Position numbers and translations under genes: made by a program. A DNA stretch of 63,996 bases, filler included, from Atractiella rhizophila (taxonomy: Eukaryota), in NCBI GenBank assembly GCA_021432655.1. It is 5 parts of 5 records of this genome, joined end to end, with 100 filler letters (N's around TTAATTAATTAA, not from the genome) between each part and the next. Parts side by side here need not be neighbours in the genome. Positions count along the whole stretch, not along the records: positions 46,420 to 61,707 come from MU271937.1; positions 61,808 to 63,996 come from MU271995.1; 3 more parts are not named here. The stretch is one strand, 5' to 3'. Each line of letters begins with the position of its first letter. The first letter of the stretch is position 1. The notes beneath the pieces are model-generated. The model was not told the DNA's origin, searched no databases, and saw only the letters and a list, made by a program, of their open reading frames with translations. Shown one piece after another: positions 51,470 to 63,631 of the stretch.

Positions 51470-52740
51470 CTAACTTGACTCCAAGCCTGAAGAACTGACG
51501 TTCAACCCAGGTGATGTCGGAAGCCCTTGACGTTCCACCCACTCGCATGTGGCTCCAAAATTCTTTCTGAAGATTTCGTTGATGCTCTTCTTATAAGGCT
51601 TTGCGACAGCTGCATTTCCACCATCTACATACAGGCCTATGTCCAGTATATAAAATCAGCTTGAGTGGGCATAAGGGGGGTGTAGGTAAAAGACAAACCG
51701 CAGCGATTGGATGTTAAACGTCCAGAAGGGTCGTAATTGCAAGCTATCGCGTATTGGAAGGAAGAGAACCGCCATCCGACATCCCCGACCATGATTTGGA
51801 TCTTTTTTCGAATGTTATTCGGATTCGGCTCCCCCTTCGCAGGTACGTCAATTGGATCGACAATCGTACACTTCAGATTCCTCATCTCCAGCACTGCACT
51901 ATACCATCAACGAAAGAATAGAGACAAGGCAGGAAAGAACGAACAATCTGCCAGCTTGACAGCCGGTGTGCGATACGCGCTTCCACTCATCTTTCCACTA
52001 CTTCCACCTTGATAGGACCCATCTTGAAAACTTCCTCCACTCTTGAAACCCCAGTATCTGATGTTCTCCGTGAAGGCATGCACTGGTGGAGCGTTGAGGT
52101 CTTGATGAGGGAGGTATACATTGCAAGTGTGGACATGGGTGGGATCCGCTTCAGTTGTGCCTTCGCATATCCTGAAGAGCTTTGAGTACCGTTTGTCCCA
52201 GGTCGGCATACTGTTCCACGTTCATTTCACATTTAATAAGACAACACATAGCAAAAAGAATAGACGACGAACCCAGTTATGCGAATAGAATCTATCTCGA
52301 TGATTGCGAAAATGAACAGTCCAAGGAAGATGACGATCAGTAAAAAAGTGACAAAAAGGCATTTAGAATGTCTCTTTGGATTTTTAATGATGTAGCGGAG
52401 AGTTTCCGCTCGTGTTAACGTCGGCTTCTTCTCATCGTTCAGTCCAGCTTCAGGGTCAGCCGCCGGCCTTGTGTCTGGCGAAGGGTACGGAGGGGGAAGG
52501 GGAGAATCCCGCTTCGTCAAGAAAGATGGAAGGGTGGACGACCGCTTCGCCAAGAAAGGGGGCTTTGGATCGCCAGTTTCAGAAAGAGGTGTGTACGGCA
52601 AAGGCTCTGGAAAAACAACGGATGTTTGGCGCCTCAGCTACCCCAATTTCTGCGCGAGTGACAGTGGTATGAGGACGGGTGAGGCCATCAGGAACAGCTG
52701 GCGGCGCGTCCGCTGTTGCTGAAGAGTCGTGAGGATTCAT
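51470..52740 (-). pseudogene. Single-pass membrane protein, copy A: complete 3' exon but +1 frameshift near the 5' end
   Basis: ATG 52740. Extra T at 52625-52627 relative to copy B. TM CLFVTFLLIVIFLGLFIFAII. Last exon LYVDGGNAAVAKPY...GLESS* ends at 51470. Confidence 0.65.
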
Positions 52741-54235
52741 AAGCCCGATTGTCCAGAGCTATAGTTGGTTGTGGGAGGAGGAAATCCTGGGAGAAATCCA
52801 AGAGGAGACAGTTTTATAAAGGGAGAGACTCAGAATCCGGAACGTTGGATCTGGAACCAAACGGGAACAGCGCCAAGAGAGACGTGTAAAAGCGAATAAA
52901 GCAGGAATAAAGGCAAACTGCATTTCCACCATCTACATACAGGCCTATGTCCAGTATATAAAATCAGCTTGAGTGGGCATAAGGGGGGTGTAGGTAAAAG
53001 ACAAACCGCAGCGATTGGATGTTAAACGTCCAGAAGGGTCGTAATTGCAAGCTATCGCGTATTGGAAGGAAGAGAACCGCCATCCGACATCCCCGACCAT
53101 GATTTGGATCTTTTTTCGAATGTTATTCGGATTCGGTTCCCCCTTCGCAGGTACGTCAATTGGATCAACAATCGTGCACTTCAGATTCCTCATCTCCAGC
53201 ACTGCACTATACCATCAACGAAAGAATAGAGACAGGGCAGGAAAGAACGAACAATCTGCCAGCTTGACAGCCGGTGTGCGATACGCGCTTCCACTAGTCT
53301 TTCCACTACTTCCACCTTGATAGGACCCATCTTGAAAACTTCCTCCACTCTTGAAACCCCAGTATCTGATGTTCTCTGTGAAGGCATGCACTGGTGGAGC
53401 GTTCAGATCTTGATGACGAAGGTATACGTTGCAAGTGTGGACATGGGTTGGATCCGCTTCAGTTGTGCCTTCGCATATCCTGAAGAGCTTTGAGTACCGC
53501 TTGTCCCACGTCGGCATACTGTTCCACGTTCATTTCACATTTAATAAGACAACATATAACAAAAAGAATAGACGACGAACCCAGTTATGCGAATAGAATC
53601 TATCTCGATGATTGCGAAAATGAACAGTCCAAGGAAGATGACGATCAGTAAAAACGTGACAAAAAGGCATTTAGAATGTCTCTTTGGATTTTTAATGATG
53701 TAGCGGACAGTTTCCGCTCGTGTTAACGTCGGCTTCTTCTCATCGTTCAGTCCAGCTTCAGGGTCAGCCGCCGGCCTTGTATCTGGCGAAGGGTACGGAG
53801 GGGGAAGAGGAGAATCCCGCTTCGTCAAGAAAGATGGAAGGGTGGAAGACCGCTTCGCCAAGAAAGGGGGCTTTGGATCGCCAGTTTCAGAAAGAGGTGT
53901 GTACGGCAAAGGCTCTGGAAAAACAACGGATGTTGGCGCCTCCGCTACCCCAATTTCTGCGCGAGTGACGGTGGTATGAGGACGTGTGAGGCCGTCCGGA
54001 ACAGCTGGCGGTACATCCGCTGTTGCTGAAGAGTCGTGAGGATTCATAACCCTGAGATTTTCTGGCGAAGTCCAGAGCTGTAGTTGGTTGTGGGAGGAGG
54101 AAATCCTGGGAGAAATCCAGGAGGAGACAGTTTTATAAAGGGAGAGACTCAGAATCCGGAACGTTGGATCTGGAACCAAACGGGAACAGCGCCAAGAGAG
54201 ACGTGTAAAAGCGAATAAAGCAGGAATAAAGGCAA
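51610..54235. repeat. Tandem duplication, ~1.31-kb units (51610-52917 / 52918-54235)
   Basis: Near-identical ORF sets at an offset of 1308 bp, with scattered SNPs, a 1-nt indel and an ~11-nt indel. Confidence 0.97.
52814..54047 (-). CDS. Single-pass membrane protein, copy B: intact N-terminus, last exon cut at the duplication junction
   Basis: ATG 54047 (MNPHDSSATADVPP), same TM and Cys-containing ectodomain exons. After GGNA it reads into copy A upstream DNA to a TAA at 52814. Confidence 0.65.
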
Positions 54236-54685
54236 CCCTGCGACAACAGGCGACAACAGAGGCTGGCAGTTCCTGGCGTTGAGGAATTGAAAACAATGTT
54301 ATAATCATTATTTGCATTTTCCATCATTGTAAAGAAAGCACGGCATATGCTCATGTGGACTGCATCACGCTGCATGGGCTCATGCGATCAGGATGTCTCA
54401 CTCAGGGGTCTGGCTCAGGAGCTGTTCGCGTTGAACAAGGGGCTCACAGAAACACCCAAGGACCAAGTCATCTCCAGCCTCTCCATCTCCATCGCGTGTG
54501 GCACGCATATCATTGTCAATCACCTCCTTGAAAAACAAATCACACTGATGGTTGCAGCTTTAGCCTGAGGGAGCAGTTTGCCTGCGTTTGAAGAGCGTGT
54601 ACGTACGTAGGTGGCAAAAGTGAAAATATCCCGTTTCTCCTTGTCTGTACATCAACATCTCTCTGGATTCACTCAGTAACTCAAG

Positions 54686-55646
54686 ATGGCCAAGTCCTTA
54701 CGTTCGAAGTCCAAGCGTACTTTCCGAGCGCTCAAACGGACAGGAGATGGGTCGACAAAAGGAGTATATGCCAACGCGGAAGCTGCAAGGATTGATAGAC
54801 TCAACCTAAAACTTATGAATATCAAAGGGAAGAGAAGGGCAGAGGAGGAGGCAGTTAAACTTGAAGAGGAGGGAGAGAAGGCGGGAGGTATGTGCTTTAC
54901 ACTTTGACGAGCGTGGATAAAGGGTCCTGTCCGCAACCAAAGGCACATTGATATCCTTTGATTCGGCTTCAATTGCAACATTGTGCATCGAATGACTTCC
55001 GTTGCCTCCACCGGGGTCTACGTTTGCATCATTACTACTTTAAGAAGAAAGAAGACTTCAAGCTCTTGATCATATCATAACAATTTGTTTATTCTTTCTC
55101 CATAACTTTCTCAAACCTCCTGTGGATCCTTGGGAGTTGATTGTCAACAAACAATAGTAAAAATTGTTTACTTCTTCTACAAGCTGCAGAGTTGTTTGTA
55201 GAGGTGCAAAGACTGGACCTTTTCAAGGCATCTAATGACATGAGATGGGGACTTGCAAACGAAGCGCCAGACCTTCCACAAGAAAGAGATCAGGTTGTCT
55301 TTTCCTCTTGCCGCTTCAATATCACTGCTAGATTTTGGATCCTCCTTGTGTCTGTGTAAACTTTTGTGCACATGTCTACTAGGTACCTGTTTGAAGTGTG
55401 TCCCTGACTATTTGTTTACCAGAGTCGGGGACGATCCCTACGGCTGCAAACGACTCTTCTCAAGCCGATGACGATGTGATGGAAGTGGAGATTGTGGAGG
55501 GGAACCCGAAAAAAGTCTCGACAAGTGGACCGAGAAATTCAAGGAGAGAGCAATGGAAGGCTTCTAAGGGAATGAAGAAGCATGCGAAGAGCGGGACCGT
55601 CTTTGGAGGAGGAAGAGGTGGTGGGAGGCGGAAGAATAGACGATGA
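54686..55646 (+). CDS. DUF2423 / YBL028C-like small basic nucleolar protein, two exons
   Basis: MAKSLRSKSKRTFRALKR...AARIDRLNLKL. Intron 54888-55422 (GTATGT...CTGAC...CAG) splices in phase to SGTIP...KKVSTSGPRNSRREQW...GRRKNRR*. Confidence 0.85.
54888..55422 (+). ncRNA. Candidate structured intronic RNA (family unidentified)
   Basis: Intron about ten times the typical length here, with many stems; G-U pairs favour the sense strand. See findings. Confidence 0.4.
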
Positions 55647-56125
55647 TTTCTCTTCTGTACATTCTAATGGTTTTTCAGGTGATGGGATTTGGATACAATA
55701 GTTGTGTAATTGGTAGGACAGAGATAGTTGGCGCATTTCGACTGTTTTTTTCTGCTCAGTGCACTTTTGCTCGACCCGTCCAATCACATCAAACACCAGA
55801 TAAAAGAACGCTCAGCGCTTCACAGGCGCACACAGGACTATTCACTTGCTACCGCCGGCACACAACAGTGAGATGTCGTCTGCTAAAGTCTCGCATGCAG
55901 TCAAGGTAGTAAGATGATGTGATCTTAATACTCTCTGAGAATAGTTGTGCTTCGTTGAATATGGAGGCTGTCCGTTTATAACATTCCACAACAAAGTCAG
56001 TGCATATTCTTCCTTTCACTGTTCATTTTCCTTTAAAACAGCCTACGATCACTTGGTCTTTCCATCACCCCCTTCAGTCCAGCATAGAAATAGGGAGAAA
56101 CAAGACATTCACAATTGTGAACCAG

Positions 56126-56638
56126 TCAATAGGCAGACGGTTTTGCAGCGCCGGCGTGCTGAGAGATGAGAGCCTGAAGTCCTTTCGGTTCGGCGCTCAC
56201 AAATGATCCGATCTTGTTTCCATCCTTGCTGTGTAGAATTGTCAAAGAATCATGCTCCGAAAGAAAAGGAAGCGCACAAAGCCAAGAAAGTAGGGACTGC
56301 CCTGACTCCAACTTCTTCAGCGATTTCCATCTCTGCGTCAATGTCCACCTTGTAGAAGCGGACGTCTGGGTTGTTTTCGTGGTGCTCGGACAGCTTGTCG
56401 AATACAGGAGAGATCATGCGGCATGGACCGCACCAAGTCGCCCCTTCGTGAAAGAGGCGTATGAAGAAGGCGTAAACGTTACAGCAGTCAATAAAACAAA
56501 CTCCCACAGAAGTCGACGAAGATCACGTTCCCCGAATTGATCTTTCAGAGCAACACAACTTCAGTCGTGTATAAACGAGCCGCAAGAACATACGACTTCG
56601 TCAAACCTGCTCTTTCCACTCAGAACCTCGACCGTCAT
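56126..56638 (-). CDS. Thioredoxin (paralog 2)
   Basis: MTVEVLSGKSRFDEV, ATWCGPCRMISPVF, FYKVDID, VRAVPTF, FVSAEPKGLQALI. Confidence 0.95.
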
Positions 56639-57218
56639 CTTGTCAAAGAACTCATCGGATGCTGTTTTCCACAACAACTTTTATAGAGATGGCGAAATCT
56701 CAAACCATCTGATGCTGACTAAAAGTCAGATAACCTCCAGATGAACTCCAATCCTCCCTGACAAAGCGAGTCCTTACGTGTATCCTCCGATCATCCTCGT
56801 CTAAAATGGTTTATCCTGCCTAACCCCTCCTTTTAATCAACTTCAAGTGGAATCGACTGAATGCGGTTTGAAGCTTGTTCCAGCTGCCTAGCTAGGCAGA
56901 GAACAGAGGAAGAGAAGAAGAGGTAAACCCTCGCTATGGATTGAGAACAGCAAGCCAGTTCGTGACTGCACGATGGCGGTTATGCTGCAATATCAACCGT
57001 TGTTAGACCTACTAATACGAGGGCAGGAAGGACTTTTTCACCCAGCATCTGAAGTAGATTGTCTCTCCCTGCTGCTTACTTGTTGATATCAGGCACATTA
57101 GTGCAAAAACATTGTGCGACTGCATGAAATGCACAAATATGAAATCGTCATGAACTGCGGAAGCAAATTTGCGAATCAAATTATCGACATTAACATAAAT
57201 CAAACGTAGATATACACG

Positions 57219-57763
57219 TTATGCTGTGGGCTTATCGCTGGCACTGTGCTCCGAGATGAGGGCCTGAAGCCTCTTTGGGTCGGCACCCATCAGGCTTCCA
57301 AGTTTGTTGCCGTCTTTGCTGCAACCCCAAAACGCAGCAAATCAATATTTGTCCAATATAGATCGCTACCTCATGTCGCCTGAGAGAGGAAAAGACGTAC
57401 AAAGCAATAAAGGTCGGCATGGCCCTTACTCCAACCTCTTCAGAGATATCCATCTCCTCATCCACGTCAACCTTGTAAAATTCAACGTTCTCGTTATCCT
57501 TGTATTGCTCAGAGAGCTTGTCGAAGACAGGTGAGATCAGACGGCACGGTCCACACCATGTTGCCCCTGCATAACAAGAAAATTGGCAATTAGTATTGTT
57601 TCTCGGGCAGCGAGCGACACGCTTACAGAAGTCAATGAAAACGACCTTGCCAGAGTTGATCTTTTCACACAAAACAACACGTTAATCTAGCTAGCGAGGA
57701 TTAAAGAGAACCACATACAACTTCGGTGAATTTGGCTTTTCCGCTCAGAACTTGGACAGTCAT
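57219..57763 (-). CDS. Thioredoxin (paralog 1)
   Basis: MTVQVLSGKAKFTEV, INSGKVVFIDF, ATWCGPCRLISPVF, FYKVDVD, VRAMPTF, MGADPKRLQALI. Confidence 0.95.
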
Positions 57764-58928
57764 CTTGGGGGAGGTGCTGTGAAAAAATCTGCTTGTTCCT
57801 GGTGCGTATGCTCGTGGGAGAGCTGCTTTGGTAAGAGTGTAGGAGAGGGGGCGTAGGAGAGACAGCTTGGAGTGATGTTTGGCGAATTGATGGGAGGATT
57901 GATGGAAAGTCGCGCTTTTATAGCGCGGTGATGAAATCAGAATTGATCAGGCGGATGACTAACTGCGATAAGGTTCGTTAACTGCCAACATGACAAACCC
58001 GTCGCGTCGCCACTGGCACGCGAGGCTCTCCACTGCACCGATGTTCGAGAATGCTTACCATTCGGTGGCTATCGATTATAGACACTCCGAGCCTTGGGAA
58101 GAGTCGCTTCTGGGTATGGGCCATTCGGTGGTAAACGTTTCCAGCGTGAGCGTTCTGCCTGTTTTGTGGCATGTGGTTCTCTTCAGGTATATCTCACTCT
58201 GGTGGCTTCTAACCTAACCGGAAAAAGTTGAAGTGTATTCATCCGTCAAGTTGGTACATATAAATTTGTATGTAACAATCATAAGCTGTCGACACGAAGA
58301 AATGAGGAAAGAACACACTCGAGAATCCACTTGAAGAGCCATCACAACAAGTATAACTTGAACTGTTTCATTACCTGTCAATTATGGTGTTGACGATTGA
58401 AGTAGAGCGCGCTCAGGAAGGGAATGCTTCATATCTTCAGACTCTGTTTGAACATCCCTTGTGATATAGAAATTGTCAGCGTGTGTGTTGTGTGCACATA
58501 CCATTATCGACTCTAATAAATAACTATGGATGATAGCGAAAGAGCTCGAGAGGCCCAGAACAATTCACCTGCAGCAAGTCGAAGAAAGGCTCTTGCAGCC
58601 ATCGATCCTGATGTTCCATGGAAATGAATGACAAGTTTCCTGAGTGTACAAAGGAGAATCGGGCAACACCTTAGATGTTCCATTTTTCACATTATCCTCA
58701 TTGCCTCCTGCACAGCTGTAAATTCATTCAAACGGTTTATCACATTCGAACAATACAGAATACAGGAGTACGACACCTTTTCAGCTCAGAGCTTTACTTG
58801 TTACACGAGCACGCTGGCATTCCTTGACCGGTCCAAACTTGACTCTTGACTCGAGATCCTTCGGGCCGCCGTTGCTCCCGAAAAGAATAAAACCAAATGG
58901 ATGCTGAAGTGTTCAAGGCACGGAAGTC

Positions 58929-59721
58929 ATGTTTGCTCAAATCAAGCATCAATCCGCAAGGCTCGTTTTTCGCCCAGTAGATCCTGCCAAGGACGCAAAA
59001 GTTTTCTTCGAGCTCTTTGATGAGGCCGCTACGTTTGCTGGAATAGGTGATCCTGCGTTCGTCCTTTCTCTCCATCCCCGTAATTCTTTGATATTGACAT
59101 TGCGAAATGTTGGATCTGTAGGCCACAGTCCGAAAAGACATGGGAGAAGATATTGGATCAGTCAAGCCACCCCCAACAGTATGATCTGGCCATTTGTTTG
59201 GCAGAAAATGAGGAGACGAAACCTGGAACGGTGATTGGCTGGATGACTTTGACAAAGGTTTCACCGGTCCATCGCAGGGCATCTTTTGCCCTAATGATTG
59301 GGAACGCGTGAGTTTCTTAGTTAGGCCATCCAGGTACAGTCTTAACAAAATTGCAGATATCAAGCATGTTGTTTCCCTTTTAGCATGACTGAAAGGAGCA
59401 GCTGACGACTGCGATTTGTGATGGTTACAGAGGAAAGGATACGGAAAGGAAGCGCTGACTTGGTTGCTGGAGCAAGCGTTCGTACGGTGCAACTGCCACA
59501 AAGTGATCGGTAACGCGTTTTCATGGAACGAAGGCGCACTGGCGCTTTATAAGAGCTTGGGGTTCAAGGTTGAGGGAGTACGACCAGAACATTGGTGGCA
59601 CGAGGGTCAGTGGGTTGATGATATCGGGCTGTGAGCTTTTGTACATTTTCCTCGCCTATGACTGACTTTGAGCAGGGGACTGTTGGAAAAGGACTGGAGG
59701 GCCCACAATGAGAAGCAATAA
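58929..59721 (+). CDS. GNAT acetyltransferase, RimJ/RimL-like
   Basis: SARLVFRP; acetyl-CoA motif QRKGYGKEAL; AFSWNEGALALYKSLGFKVEG; WVDD...LLEKDW. Confidence 0.88.
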
Positions 59722-61707
59722 GACATACTGTCGTGTTTAAACAAGCGATTATCATAATTAGTGAAACCAGTCCAATGTGAGGTGGAATATGGACGGAAAT
59801 CCATCAGGCACAAAACAGTACTAAGTAACTTGTATGATGTCAACCCATTAGAAAGAGAGTTGAGGCCAGTGAGAAATAAAATCAATTAATCAAGCTTCTA
59901 GCTCCCAGTAGCGATGCCCTTGAATCACAAACCAATGATGTTTTTAGTTTTAAATCATTCTCATTCCTCTCTCTGTGCTACGCTATTGGCCTTCACTTCC
60001 CGCACCGTTATCCTCCGGTCAGAATGTTGTTGCCGAGTACTAGTAAACTATGAAGGCAAAAGCTATTACACACAATAGGGTTGGGAGCGAATTCCATTGG
60101 TATTAACCCACTTCTCTTTCTTTTCGTGGATTTAGTTATTCTTTTTCTCTCTGAGCCTAATGCCGAGATGAACTCTGTTCTCATTTATAGTGCAGAGCTT
60201 TGGACAATGTACCCAATTCTTTACTCGGTCTGTTGTAAATAACGAAGCAGAAATTGAATCTGATGTTCAAATCTATGCTCAGCGCGCCTCCCACTGAACT
60301 AGCGACATGCTACTGTCGAATGAGGTTGTGGAGACGGTGAGAAGCAAAGAACACACCAAAAACAATGCTAACATTACGACGGCGCTTGATTTAGCGGGTC
60401 CAACTTATGAACCCACCACTAGATAGGCGTACGCTGTGCGTCCATTCTTGCGGTTTGTTGCCCATCGAGACACCGAAGGCGTCAACTTGGCAGAACACAC
60501 CAGAGACATCAGGATTGCCAACTTCGCCCGTTCCAAGGCTTTACGTCCACATGTCCCATGGTCTTGTCTTAATCAACTCTCTACTATACTAATCTGATAA
60601 ATTGGATCAGAGTTCGTTTGAACCAAAGGGAAATCCTTCGCATAAATGTCACTCTTGGGCAGTGAGACGCTTGTTGCTGAACCTGACACTTCAGGTTTCA
60701 TGCTTCTCTCGCACCATGCAGCAGTCATCCACCACAACCGCACAACCCTTAACGAACACGAGAAACTGAATCTCGCACCAGCTCTGTTATTGCCACCAAG
60801 TGATGATGCCGAGATATACTGATTGCCATAATGCATAACATGGAAATGGGACATGTCGCTCCTCTCTTCTCTCCACCGCTCCCCTCTCCCCAAAGCACAC
60901 CCCTGAGTCCCAGTCCTCCCGTAAGCTACAACCCCACGGCTATCCGGCATCCACGCACCTCTTCTTAGATGTTGAGCTTTGTCCTCCTCCAATGCCTCCT
61001 CTTTTGGTTGTATTGAACTTTTGTTCTGCGTTACCGATCAGACAACAATCAACGCCGCCTACTGATCAGAGATGAAAACGCACTCTCGTTTAAGACGGAA
61101 CCATTGAGGGATCGGGCGGTTCTGCTTTAACTTCTTCCCCAAAATCCTCTTCGTGCGGAATGATTTCTGGGACGGCTACAAGACATCCACACCCATCAAT
61201 CGCTATCTCTAAGGGGAGAGAGCACTTACCATCTCGAAAAGATTGACAATGACGGCGAAAGAGGTCTTGTTCAAAAAGCATGAGCCACAACACCGGCCGC
61301 TGTTCTTGCCAAACAGACCAAAAGACCGGACGGAGTTACAACTTTTCTGGTTCTGATTGTAATCTTCTTCTATTCTTCTAAGAGCGTTGGGTTTCTTGGC
61401 ATGAGTCATAAGACGCACTTTTGAGCTCTCACACCTCCCTCACCATGCCCAGTAGAATGAAATAAAATATGCCATCATAACCCATATGCTTGCCCCTTTC
61501 TGAACCTGCAAGGAAATTTTATTCTGAAGGGGGTAAAAATTGCGTTTCATACTGGACTCGAACCCTTACATGACTCAGAGTAGGGTTCAAGGGGCCATGC
61601 CCCTTGCGAGTGGGTTGGGGGCCTGAGGGACGAAGGCCGCAGATACACTTGTCTCACTCGAAGATCCTCTGGACATTTTGCAGCTCCTTTGGGAAGACAA
61701 AACGAAG

Positions 61708-61807
61708 NNNNNNNNNNNNNNNNNNNNNNNNNNNNNNNNNNNNNNNNNNNNTTAATTAATTAANNNNNNNNNNNNNNNNNNNNNNNNNNNNNNNNNNNNN
61801 NNNNNNN
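61708..61807. other. Artificial contig linker
   Basis: N44-TTAATTAATTAA-N44. Confidence 0.98.
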
Positions 61808-63631
61808 TCGTTGCCAGAGTCTCCACCGCTGCTTCCTCCTCCTCCGGAAGATGAGCCGAAGAGGTCGGTGCCTTGAGGACAGAATTCGATAGTGTAGGAA
61901 AGGGTGTTGAATCCGTTGCCGTCGAAGTCGGAGCAGGTGGAGGTGGAAGAGAAGTCGTCGTATGCTTTTCGTCGCAATCCAAATCGTCAGCTTTCCCATT
62001 TCGGAAAGCTAAGGAAAGGTGACATACGGAAGGTGTATCCGTTGGGAGCTCCCTCCTTCAGCCAACGAAGGGTGGGGAGGATCTCGGAGGTCCAGACGGG
62101 GGAATTGTTCACACAATCGCCAGTAGCTGCAAGGCAACATTCAGTCAGGTGACAGCCCATTTGCGAAGAAGAAAGCAACGCGTACCAGAAGGGACCTTAG
62201 AAGATCCGAGGAGGCTTTCCCATCTAACATTCCCCAATTAGCCCTTCAAACGTTAGCGGATTGAGGTCGTGAACGCACTGAGCGCAACCACAGCACTTGT
62301 CGTCGGCTCCAGGTTGGTAGCACGATCCGGAAGAGACGCCTGCGCAGGCGAATTGTTAGGTGGATGGACGAGAAAAGTAGGAGGTAGATGTCAACGCACC
62401 ACATCCTTGGAATGCAGCGATTGTTCCTGTGATTCCTCCGTTATTGACCTGCTTGTTGCAATCGAAGATGGCAGAGTCTCCTTGAAGGACGCAAGCTGTA
62501 TTCAACCATCCCATTCCGCTCAGCATTTACATTCTTTGAGTTGAGGACAAAGAGAATAAAGACCTTGGTTCGCAGACCAATATCTACGTCATCATCAGCA
62601 ACACCTCAACGAGATAAGGAAGAAACGCACCCGCTGAGGACACCACAAGCTCTTGAGAGCTTTCCATCCGCATATTTCGTACCACAATATTGACCGGATC
62701 CACAATCCGAAGAAGCAGAGCAAGAAGCTCCGGAACCGCCAGTGACCTGTCGACAGAATCCGTCGATCAATCATTCCGGCATGAACAGGATAGGAGGACT
62801 GACCCAGATATACTTGTCGTCCGGAGGAGAGAACTTCCAAGTGCTAGCACCCAGACCGGTTGCGGGACTGACGCCTCCGAGGTTGGCGCAGAAGTATGGG
62901 TCTCCGTCCCGCTTCGTGACTTTGGAAGGAGTGAAAACGACGGGGACGTTGACACCGTGGATGTTCGACTAATTTCCACGACAGTTTTTGTCAGTACAGT
63001 TTTCTTTTCTGAAAGAAGAGAGGTAAGGACAGGACTTACGACGTCGTAGAAGTCTACGTTCTTTTTCGCGAGTGTAATCTCTGCCTTGCCTCCGACGGGG
63101 GCAGAACAACCTTGGCTAGTGCAGGTCGAGTCGTCGGCGAGACACTGTGTTCCTTGCTCGCCTATGTGTTCCTCAGAATTCCTCTTCTGTTGCTCATATG
63201 GAAAAGGAAGGTGACGAACAGAAAGCAAAGTTTCCGGACCAGTTGATATCCTGTCCATTGTCCTACTCGTCTTCATCATCAGAAAGACCTTAAAAATGGA
63301 GGCGAACTCACATAGAAAGGAAGGGTGATTACGCTCTTCTCCCCGGCAGGGAGTTTCCAGTTTCCATTGGATGGGGTAGGAGTGTCCCAGAAACAGATGT
63401 TATTCGCTATCCACTTCCGTCAATCCAATGCAAAAGGGAATTGAGGGGTAGAGACGGACCGGTGTTACAAGAGCTTCCTTGGGGACAACTGCCACAAGAC
63501 CCAGCGGCTCCACTGACGGGTTGGATAAACACTGCGTTGTTACACGAATTGACAAAGGTGAAAGACCTCGAAGGTCCCTGAGCAGAGGCTAGCTTGGTGA
63601 GAGCGGAGAGGAAGATGAAAGCGGCAATCAT
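61808..63631 (-). CDS. Secreted Cys-rich thaumatin/osmotin-like protein, 3'-truncated
   Basis: Signal peptide MIAAFIFLSALTKLASA, RSFTFVNSC, KAEITL...DFYDV, YDD..STCS and YTIEFCP, followed by a G/S linker running off the contig. Confidence 0.85.

Noticed and set aside
55268..55277. Minus-strand GGAAGGTCTG resembling RNase P RNA CR-I
   Set aside because: No correctly placed CR-IV/CR-V, and G-U pair polarity favours the plus strand.
54888..55422. Telomerase RNA, TPP riboswitch, U3, snR30 or snR45 as the identity of the structured intron
   Set aside because: No CTAACCC template, no TPP CTGAGA core, no U3 box A, no snR30 m1/m2 plus ACA. snR45-like words (GCAACC, GACCTTCC) are in the wrong order and the CTTGTTAC guide is absent.
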